Source: an uncultured Gemmatimonadaceae bacterium
Lineage (GTDB): Bacteria > Gemmatimonadota > Gemmatimonadetes > Gemmatimonadales > Gemmatimonadaceae
Direction: 5' to 3'
DNA: 64,000 nucleotides
Assembly: GCA_963761305.1 (NCBI GenBank)
Contig: CAVXGK010000002.1
Coordinates: 2,688,001-2,752,000, forward strand
Shown here: positions 1-9,102 of the stretch, one piece after another
Numbering within the stretch: position 1 is the stretch's first letter
Layout: each line of letters opens with the position of its first letter
Position numbers and translations under genes: made by a program
The notes under the pieces: model-generated
Told to the model about the DNA's origin: nothing
What the model saw: the letters and a program-made list of their open reading frames with translations, nothing else
Database searches by the model: none

Positions 1-1
1 A

Positions 2-136
2 TACTATCTCGCCACCGCGGGTCTGGCCGGCATCGCCGGCGACCCCGCGACGACGTTCGCCAACACCTTCCCGCTGCCACAATCGGTCCTCGACGGCATC
101 TCCCGGCAGATCGACGTCGTGCTCGGCGGCATCTGA
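2..136 (+). CDS. C-terminal fragment of an unknown protein (truncated by window edge)
   Basis: Open frame from base 2, YYLATAGLAGIAGDPATTFANTFPLPQSVLDGISRQIDVVLGGI, ends at TGA 134-136; third codon positions strongly G/C. Confidence 0.65.
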   Translation, partial: YYLATAGLAGIAGDPATTFANTFPLPQSVLDGISRQIDVVLGGI

Positions 137-193
137 GTCGTGGGCTTCTTCCCCCGCTTCGCCGAGCGTCGTAGTCGGCAATCCGAGAGCCGC

Positions 194-330
194 GGGGGTA
201 CAAGACACAACGGATTGAACGGAAACAAACTGATCAACAACTCGGGGAACTGCGCGACTCGCTTGGTTGCGCAGTTCCCTTTTGACTTCTCCGTTCTTGT
301 CAGTTCGATCCGTCTGTGTCCTGTTCCCCC
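194..330. repeat. Long imperfect intergenic palindrome (REP/MITE-like) with an inner terminator-like hairpin
   Basis: Left arm GGGGGTACAAGACACAACGGATTGAAC pairs with right arm GTTCGATCCGTCTGTGTCCTGTTCCCCC; inner stem GGGAACTGCGCGAC/GTTGCGCAGTTCCC followed by a T run; arms resemble the element at 45073-45197. Confidence 0.7.
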
Positions 331-453
331 TGGTTATCCCGCCCGCGGCGGGAGGAACCTTCGGCGCCGACCGCCTGTTGTGGTATCTGAAACAGTCGAG
401 CGGGTTGGCCGGTAGAGCTGGATCATGACTCTGAAACATCGGTAACTTTCGGC

Positions 454-1302
454 ATGCCAGACGCACCGGCACCCCGCCCCCCTGCCCCTCAGCAACGCAT
501 CGACCGCGGCGCGCTCGAGCGCGTGCTCGCGCGCGCGGCTGAGCTTCAGGGACGCTCGGCGGACAGCGACCCGAGCGAGGAATTCACCGAAGAGCAGTTG
601 ATCGACCTCGGCAAAGAGGTCGGGCTCAATGCGCAGAATCTGCGGCAGGCGCTCGCCGAGGAGCGTACTCGGTCGGTGCTCCCCGAAGAGGAGCATGGAC
701 TCATCGCGCGGATCGTCGGCGCGTCGCGTGTGGCGGCGTCGCGGACGGTGGATGGAAAGCCGGCTGACGTGCTCCGCAACATCGACGCGTGGATGCAGCG
801 CGAAGAGCTCCTGATCGTGAAGCGGCATCACGGTGATCGCATCGTCTGGGAACCGCGCCGCGACTTCTTCGTCGGCTTGAAGCGCGCGCTCAAGGCGGGC
901 GGTCGCGACTACGCGTTGTCGCGCGCGTTCGAGGTGGCGGCCACGGCGATTGCCGTCGACGAAGCCAGAACGCACGTCGCGCTCGACGCCGATTTTCGCA
1001 CGCACCGTTCAGTAGCCGTCGGACAGATCGGCGCGAGCTCGTTCTTCGGCGTCGCGGCCACGGCGTCGCTGTTGGTGATGCACGTGTTCCCGCCGCTCGC
1101 GATCGTGCCGGTCGTCGTCGCGCCGGTGATGGGCGTGGCCGGCGCGCGGTCCGCGCACAACCGGGTGTTGCCGCGCGCGCAGCTCGCGCTCGAGCAACTG
1201 CTCGACCGGCTCGAGCGGGGCGAACCCGGACGACGCGGCGCGGATGCGCTGTTCGGTGCGATCGTCGCCGCGGCGACGGCACTGCCGAACCGCAGGATCT
1301 GA
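454..1302 (+). CDS. Hypothetical membrane protein
   Basis: 282-aa ORF with helical N-terminus and a C-terminal hydrophobic hairpin; codon usage typical of real genes. Confidence 0.75.
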   Translation: MPDAPAPRPPAPQQRIDRGALERVLARAAELQGRSADSDPSEEFTEEQLIDLGKEVGLNAQNLRQALAEERTRSVLPEEEHGLIARIVGASRVAASRTVDGKPADVLRNIDAWMQREELLIVKRHHGDRIVWEPRRDFFVGLKRALKAGGRDYALSRAFEVAATAIAVDEARTHVALDADFRTHRSVAVGQIGASSFFGVAATASLLVMHVFPPLAIVPVVVAPVMGVAGARSAHNRVLPRAQLALEQLLDRLERGEPGRRGADALFGAIVAAATALPNRRI

Positions 1303-1331
1303 TTTCCGCGCCGGGCACGGTACCGGCAGCC

Positions 1332-2957
1332 ATGCAACCACCGAACGGCTTCCGCGGCGTCTTCCGAAGCGACGACGACGCGCGAGGAGTCTACGCCGAG
1401 GCCGCCGGCATCGCCCGCAGCGTGCCGTTGGCCGTCGCCGTACCGCGTGACGCCGACGATCTCTCGCTGCTCGTGCGTTGGGCGCGCGAACACGCGGTAC
1501 CGCTGATCGCGCGCGGTTCCGGGAGCAGCATGCCGGGCGGCGCGATCGGAAGCGGCGTCGTCGTCGACGTCAGTCGATGGCGTTCGATGTCGGCGGTGAA
1601 TGCGGATGCGCGAACGATCAACGTCGAGCCGGGCGTGCTGCGCGGCGAAGTCGACGCCGCGGCACGATCTCAGAGTTTGCGATTCCCGGTCGATCCGTCG
1701 AGCGGCGCTTTTTGTACAATCGGCGGCATGACGGCGACGAACGCGGCCGGACCGCACTCGATGCATTTCGGCTCGATGCGACCCTGGGTTCGTGCGCTCG
1801 ACTGCGTGTTCGACGACGGTTCGCGTGCCGAAGTGCGGCGCGGAGCACCGTGGCCGACGGACGTTCCAGCAATCGCGCGCTTCGCCACCATCGCCGATCG
1901 ACTCGGGTCGGCTGAGCGCGCCGCGCCATCGATTCACAGTGGCGTGGCGAAGGATTCGTCGGGATACGGCATCGCGCGTTTCGCCGAAACGGGTGATCTG
2001 GTCGATCTGCTCGTCGGCAGCGAAGGGACGCTCGCCTTCTTCGCTCGCGTCGAGTTGTCGCTCACGCCGATCGCCGGTGCGACCAGCAGTGTGCTCGGCA
2101 CGTTCGCGTCTCTCGACGATGCCGTCACCGCCGCCGTGCGCGCGCGTGAGGCCGGCGCCGTCGCGTGCGAGCTGCTCGACCGCACGTTTCTCGACGTCGT
2201 CGCGTCCGGCGGCGGGTCGAGCGACGTTCCAGCCGGCACGGAAGCCGCCCTCTTGGCGGAAGTCGAAGGCGACAATGCCGAAACGGCGGGAAACGCGGCG
2301 CGAGACGTCGAGCGACTGTTCCGAGAATCGGGTGCGACCGTCGTACGAGTCGCGCTCGACCGTCCGACCGAAACCGAATTGTGGGAGTTGCGGCACGCCG
2401 CGAGCCCGATTCTCAACCGACTCGATCCCGATCTGAAGTCGATGCAGTTCATCGAGGATTGCGCCGTGCCGCCCGACGCGCTTCCTGCTTATGTGCGCGG
2501 CGTGCGTCGAATCCTCGCCGCGAACGACACGCGCGTGGTGATCTTCGGGCACGCCGGCGACGCGCACGTGCACGTGAATCCGCTCGTGGACGTGCGACGG
2601 GCCGATTGGCGAGCGCGGGTGACGCGAATTCTCGATGAAGTCACCGCATTGACCGCGTCGCTCGGGGGAACGCTCACCGGAGAACACGGCGACGGCCGGC
2701 TGCGGACGCCATTGCTTCCGCGAGTCTGGTCGGAGTCGGCGCGCGAGCACTTCGCCGAGGTCAAGCACGCGTTCGATCCCACGAACATGCTGAACCCGGG
2801 CGTGAAGGTGGCTGTCGCCGGTGAGTCGCCGCTCGGCGACATCAAGTACGATCGCGGCCTCGCACCGCTCACTCGGCGCGCGCGCGCCGCGCTCGATCAG
2901 GTCGAAGGGCGGCGGGCGTACGCGCGATCGCGTCTCGATCTTCTGGACGGCGCGTAG
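1332..2957 (+). CDS. FAD-binding oxidoreductase (GlcD/D-lactate dehydrogenase-like, FAD_binding_4 + FAD-oxidase_C)
   Basis: RGSGSSMPGG, DPSS..CTIGGM, GSEGTL, GHAGDAHVH, GEHGDG and FDP..MLNPG motifs. Confidence 0.9.
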   Translation: MQPPNGFRGVFRSDDDARGVYAEAAGIARSVPLAVAVPRDADDLSLLVRWAREHAVPLIARGSGSSMPGGAIGSGVVVDVSRWRSMSAVNADARTINVEPGVLRGEVDAAARSQSLRFPVDPSSGAFCTIGGMTATNAAGPHSMHFGSMRPWVRALDCVFDDGSRAEVRRGAPWPTDVPAIARFATIADRLGSAERAAPSIHSGVAKDSSGYGIARFAETGDLVDLLVGSEGTLAFFARVELSLTPIAGATSSVLGTFASLDDAVTAAVRAREAGAVACELLDRTFLDVVASGGGSSDVPAGTEAALLAEVEGDNAETAGNAARDVERLFRESGATVVRVALDRPTETELWELRHAASPILNRLDPDLKSMQFIEDCAVPPDALPAYVRGVRRILAANDTRVVIFGHAGDAHVHVNPLVDVRRADWRARVTRILDEVTALTASLGGTLTGEHGDGRLRTPLLPRVWSESAREHFAEVKHAFDPTNMLNPGVKVAVAGESPLGDIKYDRGLAPLTRRARAALDQVEGRRAYARSRLDLLDGA

Positions 2958-3020
2958 GACTCACGCGGCGAAGTCGCGGCTTGTTTCGAGCGACGCGAGC
3001 CCGTTGATTTCCGGCTCATC

Positions 3021-3779
3021 ATGTCGACTCGCTACTACGTCGAGCCCGTAGTCACGCTCCTCGCGCGTCCGGCCTTCACCACGCCGGCGCATCTTCCCGT
3101 GAACTGGATCGGCGACAGTACGGGCGGAGAACAGCTCGCCGAGTTCGCCGGGCGGCTCTGTTACATGAGCCAACACAATCCGGCCAAGCGAGAGACGCGC
3201 GAGTACCTCGAGAACATCAAGAAGCAGGGACACGGGAGCGTCCTCGAGCACGCGAACTACTCGATTCTCCTCGAGGGCGTGAGCCGTTCGCTCACCCACG
3301 AGCTGGTGCGCCATCGCGCCGGATTCGCCTACTCGCAGCTCTCGCAGCGGTACGTGGACGAGTCGGAAGCGAACTTCGTGTTGCCGCCGGCGATCATCGG
3401 GGACGAGGCGCTGGAGGGCGCGTGGCGGGCGCAGATGGATGGCGCGCAGAAGCAATACGTCGCGCTCGTCGCCGATCTGATGGAGCGATACGGCTGGGTC
3501 GCCGACAAGGTGCACCGTCGCAAAATGGCGCGTGAAGCGGCGCGCTCGGTGCTGCCCAACGCGACGGAAACGAAGATCGTCGTCACCGGAAACGCACGCG
3601 CGTGGCGCACGATGCTCGAGCTGCGGTCGAGTGAAGGCGCCGAGTTGGAGATTCGCCGGTGCGCCGTCACCCTGCTGCGATTGCTGCGGACCGAAGCGCC
3701 CGGATTCTTCTCCGATTTCGAGATCTACGTCGCCGACGATCGGCGAGAAGCGGCGCGAATCGGGTATCACAAGGTCTGA
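3021..3779 (+). CDS. thyX: FAD-dependent thymidylate synthase
   Basis: GHGSVLEH, ThyX signature HELVRHR..AYSQLSQRY, EAARSVLPN, AELEIR. Confidence 0.95.
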   Translation: MSTRYYVEPVVTLLARPAFTTPAHLPVNWIGDSTGGEQLAEFAGRLCYMSQHNPAKRETREYLENIKKQGHGSVLEHANYSILLEGVSRSLTHELVRHRAGFAYSQLSQRYVDESEANFVLPPAIIGDEALEGAWRAQMDGAQKQYVALVADLMERYGWVADKVHRRKMAREAARSVLPNATETKIVVTGNARAWRTMLELRSSEGAELEIRRCAVTLLRLLRTEAPGFFSDFEIYVADDRREAARIGYHKV

Positions 3780-3952
3780 TCTCGAAGAAAATCATTGCGC
3801 GAAAAAAAATGTGTTCCTATTTTCATTGTCGAGGAATCGTCGGCATTCGTTTTGCGCCCTCGCGTCGGTCGATGAACTGAACACACACGACGCACTTCTC
3901 GCCGGTCGAGAGTCTGGTAGCGGGACGCCAGAGGACGACAACCAGGGACGGG

Positions 3953-5119
3953 ATGACGCGCATCGGGTTCGCGTACAACCAAAAACCTGAGAAGGCAACT
4001 GTGGGAGGAAGGATCGCCGGCACGGCTCGTCACGAGTCGCGCTCGGGCGACGACCCTCCCAGTCCCATTTCCGCACACGATGACGTCTATGCGGAATGGG
4101 ACTCCGCAGAGACCATCGACGCCGTCGCCGCCGCCCTCTCTCCATTTGGCGACGTGATCCGCATCGAGGCGAACGACGACCTCCCTCTCCGCCTTCGCAC
4201 CGAACGCCCCGACATCGTCTTCAACATCGCGGAGGGACTCTACGGTCCCAACCGCGAAGCGCACGTCCCCGCGATCTGCGAGTTCTACGGCATTCCCTAC
4301 TCGGGCAGCGATCCGTTCACGCTGTCGCTCTGCCTGCACAAGGCGCGGACGAAGGATCTGCTCCGCGCGCACGGCGTCCCCACGGCGCCCTTCGTCCTCG
4401 TCGAATCGGAAAGCGACATCGCATCCCTGCTTTCCAATGAGTCGGCGTTGGCACCTAGACCCACCTTCAGCGCGCCGATCTTCGTCAAACCGGTCCAGGA
4501 GGGTTCGTCGAAAGGAATCACCGAACGGAACTTCGTCCGGTCGCGCGCCGAGCTCGAAGCGACGGTGCGATTCCTCCTCGCGACCTACCAGCAACCGGTC
4601 ATCGCCGAGGCATTTCTGCCCGGCGCTGAATTCACGTGCGGCGTTCTCGGCAACGGCCGATCGGCGCGCGTGCTGCCGCTGGTCGGGATGAACTTCGCCT
4701 CCCTGCCCTCCGGGGCGCTCCCCATCTATGGATACGAGGCGAAGTGGGTGTGGGACTCGATCGAGCGTCCGCTGGACATCTTCGAGTGTCCGGCGCGGGT
4801 CGACCTGCGCCTGCAGCACGCCATCGACGAGGTCGTGCTGCACGCCTACCGGGTCCTCGGCTGCCGCGATTGGTCGCGCATCGACGTCCGACTCGACGAG
4901 CACGGCGCTCCGAACATCGTCGAAGTGAATCCGCTCCCCGGCATCCTGCCCAATCCCGCCGACAACTCGTGCCTGCCCAAGGCGGCGCGCGCGGCGGGGA
5001 TGAGCTATGACGCGCTCATTCAAAGCGCGCTGCTCGCCGCGGCAGGCCGGACCGGCGTCCACCTCGACGCAGCGTCGTTGGTCCGGACGACGATGCGAAC
5101 CGCAACCCTGGTCGCATGA
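3953..5119 (+). CDS. D-alanine--D-alanine ligase-like ATP-grasp protein 1
   Basis: VFNIAEG, PYSGSD, FVKPVQEGSSKGI, YGYEAK, RIDVR, EVNPLPG motifs. Confidence 0.88.
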   Translation: MTRIGFAYNQKPEKATVGGRIAGTARHESRSGDDPPSPISAHDDVYAEWDSAETIDAVAAALSPFGDVIRIEANDDLPLRLRTERPDIVFNIAEGLYGPNREAHVPAICEFYGIPYSGSDPFTLSLCLHKARTKDLLRAHGVPTAPFVLVESESDIASLLSNESALAPRPTFSAPIFVKPVQEGSSKGITERNFVRSRAELEATVRFLLATYQQPVIAEAFLPGAEFTCGVLGNGRSARVLPLVGMNFASLPSGALPIYGYEAKWVWDSIERPLDIFECPARVDLRLQHAIDEVVLHAYRVLGCRDWSRIDVRLDEHGAPNIVEVNPLPGILPNPADNSCLPKAARAAGMSYDALIQSALLAAAGRTGVHLDAASLVRTTMRTATLVA

Positions 5120-6198
5120 AAGTCGCCCTCCTCCTCGACGGTGCATCGGCGTACGCGGCCAATCCTGACCGGCTGATCATCGGCACCGCCGAGGACATCG
5201 AGCGATCGCTCGTGGCCGAGGGCAACACCGTCACCTGGATTCCGGTCTACCAGGACGGCAAGTGGATCGACAAGGTGCGGCGCGGCAAGTTCGACCTCGC
5301 CTTCAACATGTGCGAAGGGATCGACGGGATCGCGACGCTCGAGTCGTCGGTGATCTCGGTGCTCGAGCTGTTCAAGGTGCCGTTCACCGGCGCGTCGAGC
5401 TACACGACGTCGATCTGCCTCCGCAAACCGGTCATCAACGCGATTCTGGAGAAGGCGGGGCTGCCGATTCCCAGGTTTGCCACGCTTCAGCGCGGCGATC
5501 CGCTCGTCAGCGTCGGATTCCCGGCCATCGTCAAGCCGGCGGCCGAAGACGCGTCGCTCGGCGTCGAACAGCGGTCGGTCGTGCGAAACAACCGGCAGCT
5601 CGCCGAGCGCGTCGAAGCGATGCTCGAGCTGTGGAGCGAGGTCATCGTCCAGCGATACGTCGACGGGCGCGAGGTGAACGTCGGCATTCTTGGCGATACG
5701 GTGCTGCCGATCTCGGAGATCGACTTCAAGAAGACGCCGGCCGGCCGCTGGCGCATCGTGACGTACAAATCGAAGTGGGTCACGGGGAGCGAGGACGACC
5801 TGTCGGCCATCCCGCGGTGCCCGGCGAAGTTGCCGGCCAAGGTCGCGAACGAGATTCGGCGAGTGGCGGGCGCAGCGTGGAAGCTGGTGGGCGGGTTCGG
5901 GTATGGACGCGTCGACATGCGCATCGACGGCGAGGGGCGCCCGTGGATCCTCGAGGTGAACGCGAACCCCGACATCATGCACAACGCCGGGTTCGCGACG
6001 ATGGCGCAGGTCGCTGGCATGGAATACGCCGCGCTCATCCGAAACATCTGCGAGTTGGGGCTAGAGCGTTCACGGGCGAAGGTCGCGCAGGAAAATTGGG
6101 CGCTGGTCAACCAGTTGTCGGGGCTCGAGCCGGAACCGACCGAGTTGGATCTCTTCGGCGACGTCGGCTCGGCATTCGTCGCGCCCGAGCCGACTTGA
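5116..6198 (+). CDS. D-alanine--D-alanine ligase-like ATP-grasp protein 2
   Basis: FNMCEG, PFTGA, IVKPAAEDASLG, YGRVDMR, LEVNANPD; ATGA overlap with upstream gene. Confidence 0.88.
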   Translation: MKVALLLDGASAYAANPDRLIIGTAEDIERSLVAEGNTVTWIPVYQDGKWIDKVRRGKFDLAFNMCEGIDGIATLESSVISVLELFKVPFTGASSYTTSICLRKPVINAILEKAGLPIPRFATLQRGDPLVSVGFPAIVKPAAEDASLGVEQRSVVRNNRQLAERVEAMLELWSEVIVQRYVDGREVNVGILGDTVLPISEIDFKKTPAGRWRIVTYKSKWVTGSEDDLSAIPRCPAKLPAKVANEIRRVAGAAWKLVGGFGYGRVDMRIDGEGRPWILEVNANPDIMHNAGFATMAQVAGMEYAALIRNICELGLERSRAKVAQENWALVNQLSGLEPEPTELDLFGDVGSAFVAPEPT

Positions 6199-6201
6199 CG
6201 C

Positions 6202-6783
6202 ATGCAAGTCAGACTTGGGGCCCTGCAACGGGGACATCGCACTCGTATTCGGGAGATTCTCGACGCGACGTCGGTGTTTCGTGAGGACGAAGTCGCCGTG
6301 GCGCTGGAGTTGTTCGACGAAACGTTCGCTGCGGGAGCGGGGCGCGCTCCGTACGATCCGGGCGACGGCGTCGCCGACTACGAATTCGTCGGATCGTTCG
6401 CGCCGGATGGACAGCTCATCGGCTATGTGTGCTACGGATCGACGCCGGGAACGGATCGCACGTACGACCTCTATTGGATCGCGATGCACCCGGATTTTCA
6501 GGGAACGGGCGCCGGATCTCAGTTACTCGACGAAGTGGAACGCCGTCTTCGTCAACGGGAAGCGCGATTGTTGGTCGTCGAGACGTCGTCCCGCGACGAC
6601 TATGCGCCTACTCGCCGCTTTTATGAGGTGCACGGTTACACGGTGGTCGCGGCGATCACCGACTTCTACGCACCGGGCGATTCGCGCGTGATCTACACGA
6701 AGCGTCTCGCTCAACGGCAGCACGAAGGAGAAGGAGCAGTGCACTTTCACGACCGAGCCTTGGAGTCGTCCCGCAATGAGTGA
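6202..6783 (+). CDS. GNAT family N-acetyltransferase
   Basis: YDLYWIAMHPDFQGTGAGSQLL acetyl-CoA motif A, VETSS, RRFYE..GY. Confidence 0.9.
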   Translation: MQVRLGALQRGHRTRIREILDATSVFREDEVAVALELFDETFAAGAGRAPYDPGDGVADYEFVGSFAPDGQLIGYVCYGSTPGTDRTYDLYWIAMHPDFQGTGAGSQLLDEVERRLRQREARLLVVETSSRDDYAPTRRFYEVHGYTVVAAITDFYAPGDSRVIYTKRLAQRQHEGEGAVHFHDRALESSRNE

Positions 6784-7966
6784 CTGGCAAAAAGTTCTTC
6801 ACGCAGGCGTGGATTCGCTCGACGCACTCGCCGAGCGATTCGGGAGCGACGTCATCGACGTCGAAGCCCTGAAGCCCGCCTTCGACAACTTCCAGATGCG
6901 GATCACGCCGAACTCGCTGGCGTCGATCCAGGAAGTCGGCGACCCGATGTGGCAACAGTACGTGCCCACGGTGGCGGAGCTCGACGTCGTCGACGGCGTC
7001 ATCGACTCCCTGGATGAAGACGGGGATTCGCCGGTTCCCAACATCACGCACCGCTATCCGGACCGCGTGCTGTTCCTGGTGAGCCCGGTCTGCGCGACCT
7101 ACTGCCGGTTCTGCACGCGGCGGCGAAAGGTCGGCGACCCCGAGAAGATCCCGCTCAACCAGTACGAGTCAGCGTTCGAATACATCCGCGCGCACCCCGA
7201 GATCCGAGACGTGATCATGTCGGGCGGCGACCCGATGATGTTGTCCGATCGGCGGCTCGAGTACCTGTTCCAGAAGCTGCGCGAGATCCCGCACGTCGAG
7301 ATCATCCGCATCGGCAGCCGGATCACGTCACACCTGCCGCAGCGCATCACGCCCGAGTTCTGCGAGATGGTGAAGAAGTACCATCCCGTGTACATGAACA
7401 CGCACTTCAATCATCCGGCCGAGCTGACGCCCGAGACCATCGCCGCGCTCGCGCGGTTGGCGGACGCCGGCGTTCCGCTTGGCTGCCAGACGGTGCTGCT
7501 CCGCGGCGTGAACGACGATCCGCAGATCATGAAGGAGCTGATGCAGAAGCTTCTCAAGGCGCGGGTCCGGCCGTACTACATCTACATGGCCGACCAGGTG
7601 GCCGGCGGCGAGCACTTCCGCACGACGGTCGAGAAGGGTCTGGAGATCGTGAAGGCGCTGCGCGGGTGGACGTCGGGCCTCGCCGTGCCGCACTTCGTGA
7701 TCGACGCGCCGGGTGGCGGCGGCAAGGTGCCGCTCCTGCCGGAGTACGTCGAGGAGATCAACGACGACGAGGTGATTTTCCGCAACTACGCCGGCGAGCG
7801 GTACGTCTACAAGCAACCGCGCCAGCCGGCGATCGCGGCGTCGGCGTGTGGCGACGCCGCGGCGGCGCAGTCGGACATCGTGTCGATCGCGACCGGAACG
7901 AAGAAGCGGAAGCACGCGGTCAAGCGCGTCGGCAAGATCGCGAGAAAACGAAGAACGGGGACCTGA
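6776..7966 (+). CDS. kamA: KamA-family radical SAM aminomutase (lysine 2,3-aminomutase-like)
   Basis: THRYPDRVL, CATYCRFCTR (CxxxCxxC), SGGDP, HFNHP, QTVLLRGVND, PLP-lysine motif DAPGGGGK; basic C-terminal tail. Confidence 0.9.
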   Translation: MSDWQKVLHAGVDSLDALAERFGSDVIDVEALKPAFDNFQMRITPNSLASIQEVGDPMWQQYVPTVAELDVVDGVIDSLDEDGDSPVPNITHRYPDRVLFLVSPVCATYCRFCTRRRKVGDPEKIPLNQYESAFEYIRAHPEIRDVIMSGGDPMMLSDRRLEYLFQKLREIPHVEIIRIGSRITSHLPQRITPEFCEMVKKYHPVYMNTHFNHPAELTPETIAALARLADAGVPLGCQTVLLRGVNDDPQIMKELMQKLLKARVRPYYIYMADQVAGGEHFRTTVEKGLEIVKALRGWTSGLAVPHFVIDAPGGGGKVPLLPEYVEEINDDEVIFRNYAGERYVYKQPRQPAIAASACGDAAAAQSDIVSIATGTKKRKHAVKRVGKIARKRRTGT

Positions 7967-7986
7967 TCTCGATCCTCAGAGAGACG

Positions 7987-8019
7987 AACGGACCGGCGAT
8001 CGCCGGTCCGTTTTTCTTT
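7987..8019 (+). terminator. Rho-independent terminator after kamA
   Basis: Perfect palindrome AACGGACCGGCGATCGCCGGTCCGTT followed by TTTCTTT. Confidence 0.85.
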
Positions 8020-8596
8020 AAGGCCGGACATCTGACGGGCGTTCACAGTTACTCCGGGGTAGCGACGAAGCCGACTGAAACGGAAATGCGTGCGTCCTAT
8101 GTGGGAGCACGTGCGCCTACATTGGATGTGGGTGCACAGACGCCCGTTCGGCAGAGGCGCCCCGAGGAAGTCGAAGCACGCGGGGGCGCAGTCGAGGCGT
8201 CGCTCGGTGATTCGCGTGGCGGCCGGAGCGGAGTGCGGTCGAGACAAAGGGGCGCCGGTGCTGTCCGTCGAGAAGGCCGGACGGCGACGAAGGCAGGGAG
8301 CAATCGCAAACGCGCCGTCGTGCTGGAAACAGAGGCGGGTGAGGGCGGATAGCAGGCGGCCAGTGCGCGCCTCTTCATAGGAGAGGCACTGCGACGTGGG
8401 AGCGCGCCGTGCTCGGACGGACGCCGCGCATGCTCCTTTGTAATGACGTTCGCGACGTCTCGCACATCGACGAATCACTCGAACACCCGACGCAAGTGAG
8501 CGGGCGGCGTGGGTCAGTCACCCCTCGCGAGGCAATGTGTCCCGCCGGTCGTGCAAAGTCGCCGGCGCTCCCGGGAAACTCAGGTGTCCGCGCTGG

Positions 8597-8652
8597 AAAG
8601 TCGGACGTCCGCCTTCCCAAATCGAACGTCCGCCGTCCCAAATCGAACGATC
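8597..8652. repeat. 7-bp-periodic tandem repeat (21-bp unit) in a long intergenic region
   Basis: AAAGTCG GACGTCC GCCTTCC CAAATCG AACGTCC GCCGTCC CAAATCG AACGATC. Confidence 0.6.
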
Positions 8653-9045
8653 TCGAGGGATTGGCGGGTGAACGCCGGCGAAAGCTCGATGGCGCCGCGG
8701 AGAGATACAGCGCCCGCAGTCCGAAGTCGCGTGTCTCGAGGCGAAGGTTCGCCGCTGCCCGTCGTAACCAAACGGACTTCCAACCGAAGTCCGGCGTCCG
8801 AACACGGAATTCCGATGAGCGCCGGTTCAACCGTGTTGAACTCGAGGAATTCAGACCCGTCTTCCGTCGTTACTGAGCTACGCGCGTTCGGAAGTCACGC
8901 GACTGCGATCTCATCTCCGACCAGCTTCTTCCCAAGTCGTCGATGGCTCAGCGACAGTCGCGTGGGCGGTGATGGCGGGCGCGATGACGTTCGGGCGAGT
9001 CGTCGAACGCGGTGGCGCCCCGGAGAATCCGACAACGAGGCCCAC

Positions 9046-9081
9046 AAAGACAACGGGCCGGCTCATCGCCGACCCGCTGTC
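9046..9081 (-). terminator. Probable terminator downstream of the EF-G paralogue
   Basis: On the minus strand GACAGCGGGTCGGC/GCCGGCCCGTTGTC stem (with G-U pairs) followed by TTT. Confidence 0.6.
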
Positions 9082-9102
9082 TCTTCGTCACCCGACCACC
9101 CG

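Noticed and set aside
3780..3952. Riboswitch in the AT-rich leader of the ligase/kamA operon
   Set aside because: No recognisable aptamer consensus or terminator by eye; most likely a promoter region
3953..6198. Housekeeping ddl or vanA-type resistance ligases
   Set aside because: No dcw or van genes nearby; N-termini lack the canonical GG.S.E motif
6776..7966. epmB for EF-P beta-lysylation, given a nearby elongation factor
   Set aside because: No efp or epmA in the window; the neighbour is a convergent EF-G paralogue separated by terminators
8160..8340. RNase P RNA suggested by GAGGAAGTC
   Set aside because: Does not match GAGGAAAGTCC and no 3' consensus found
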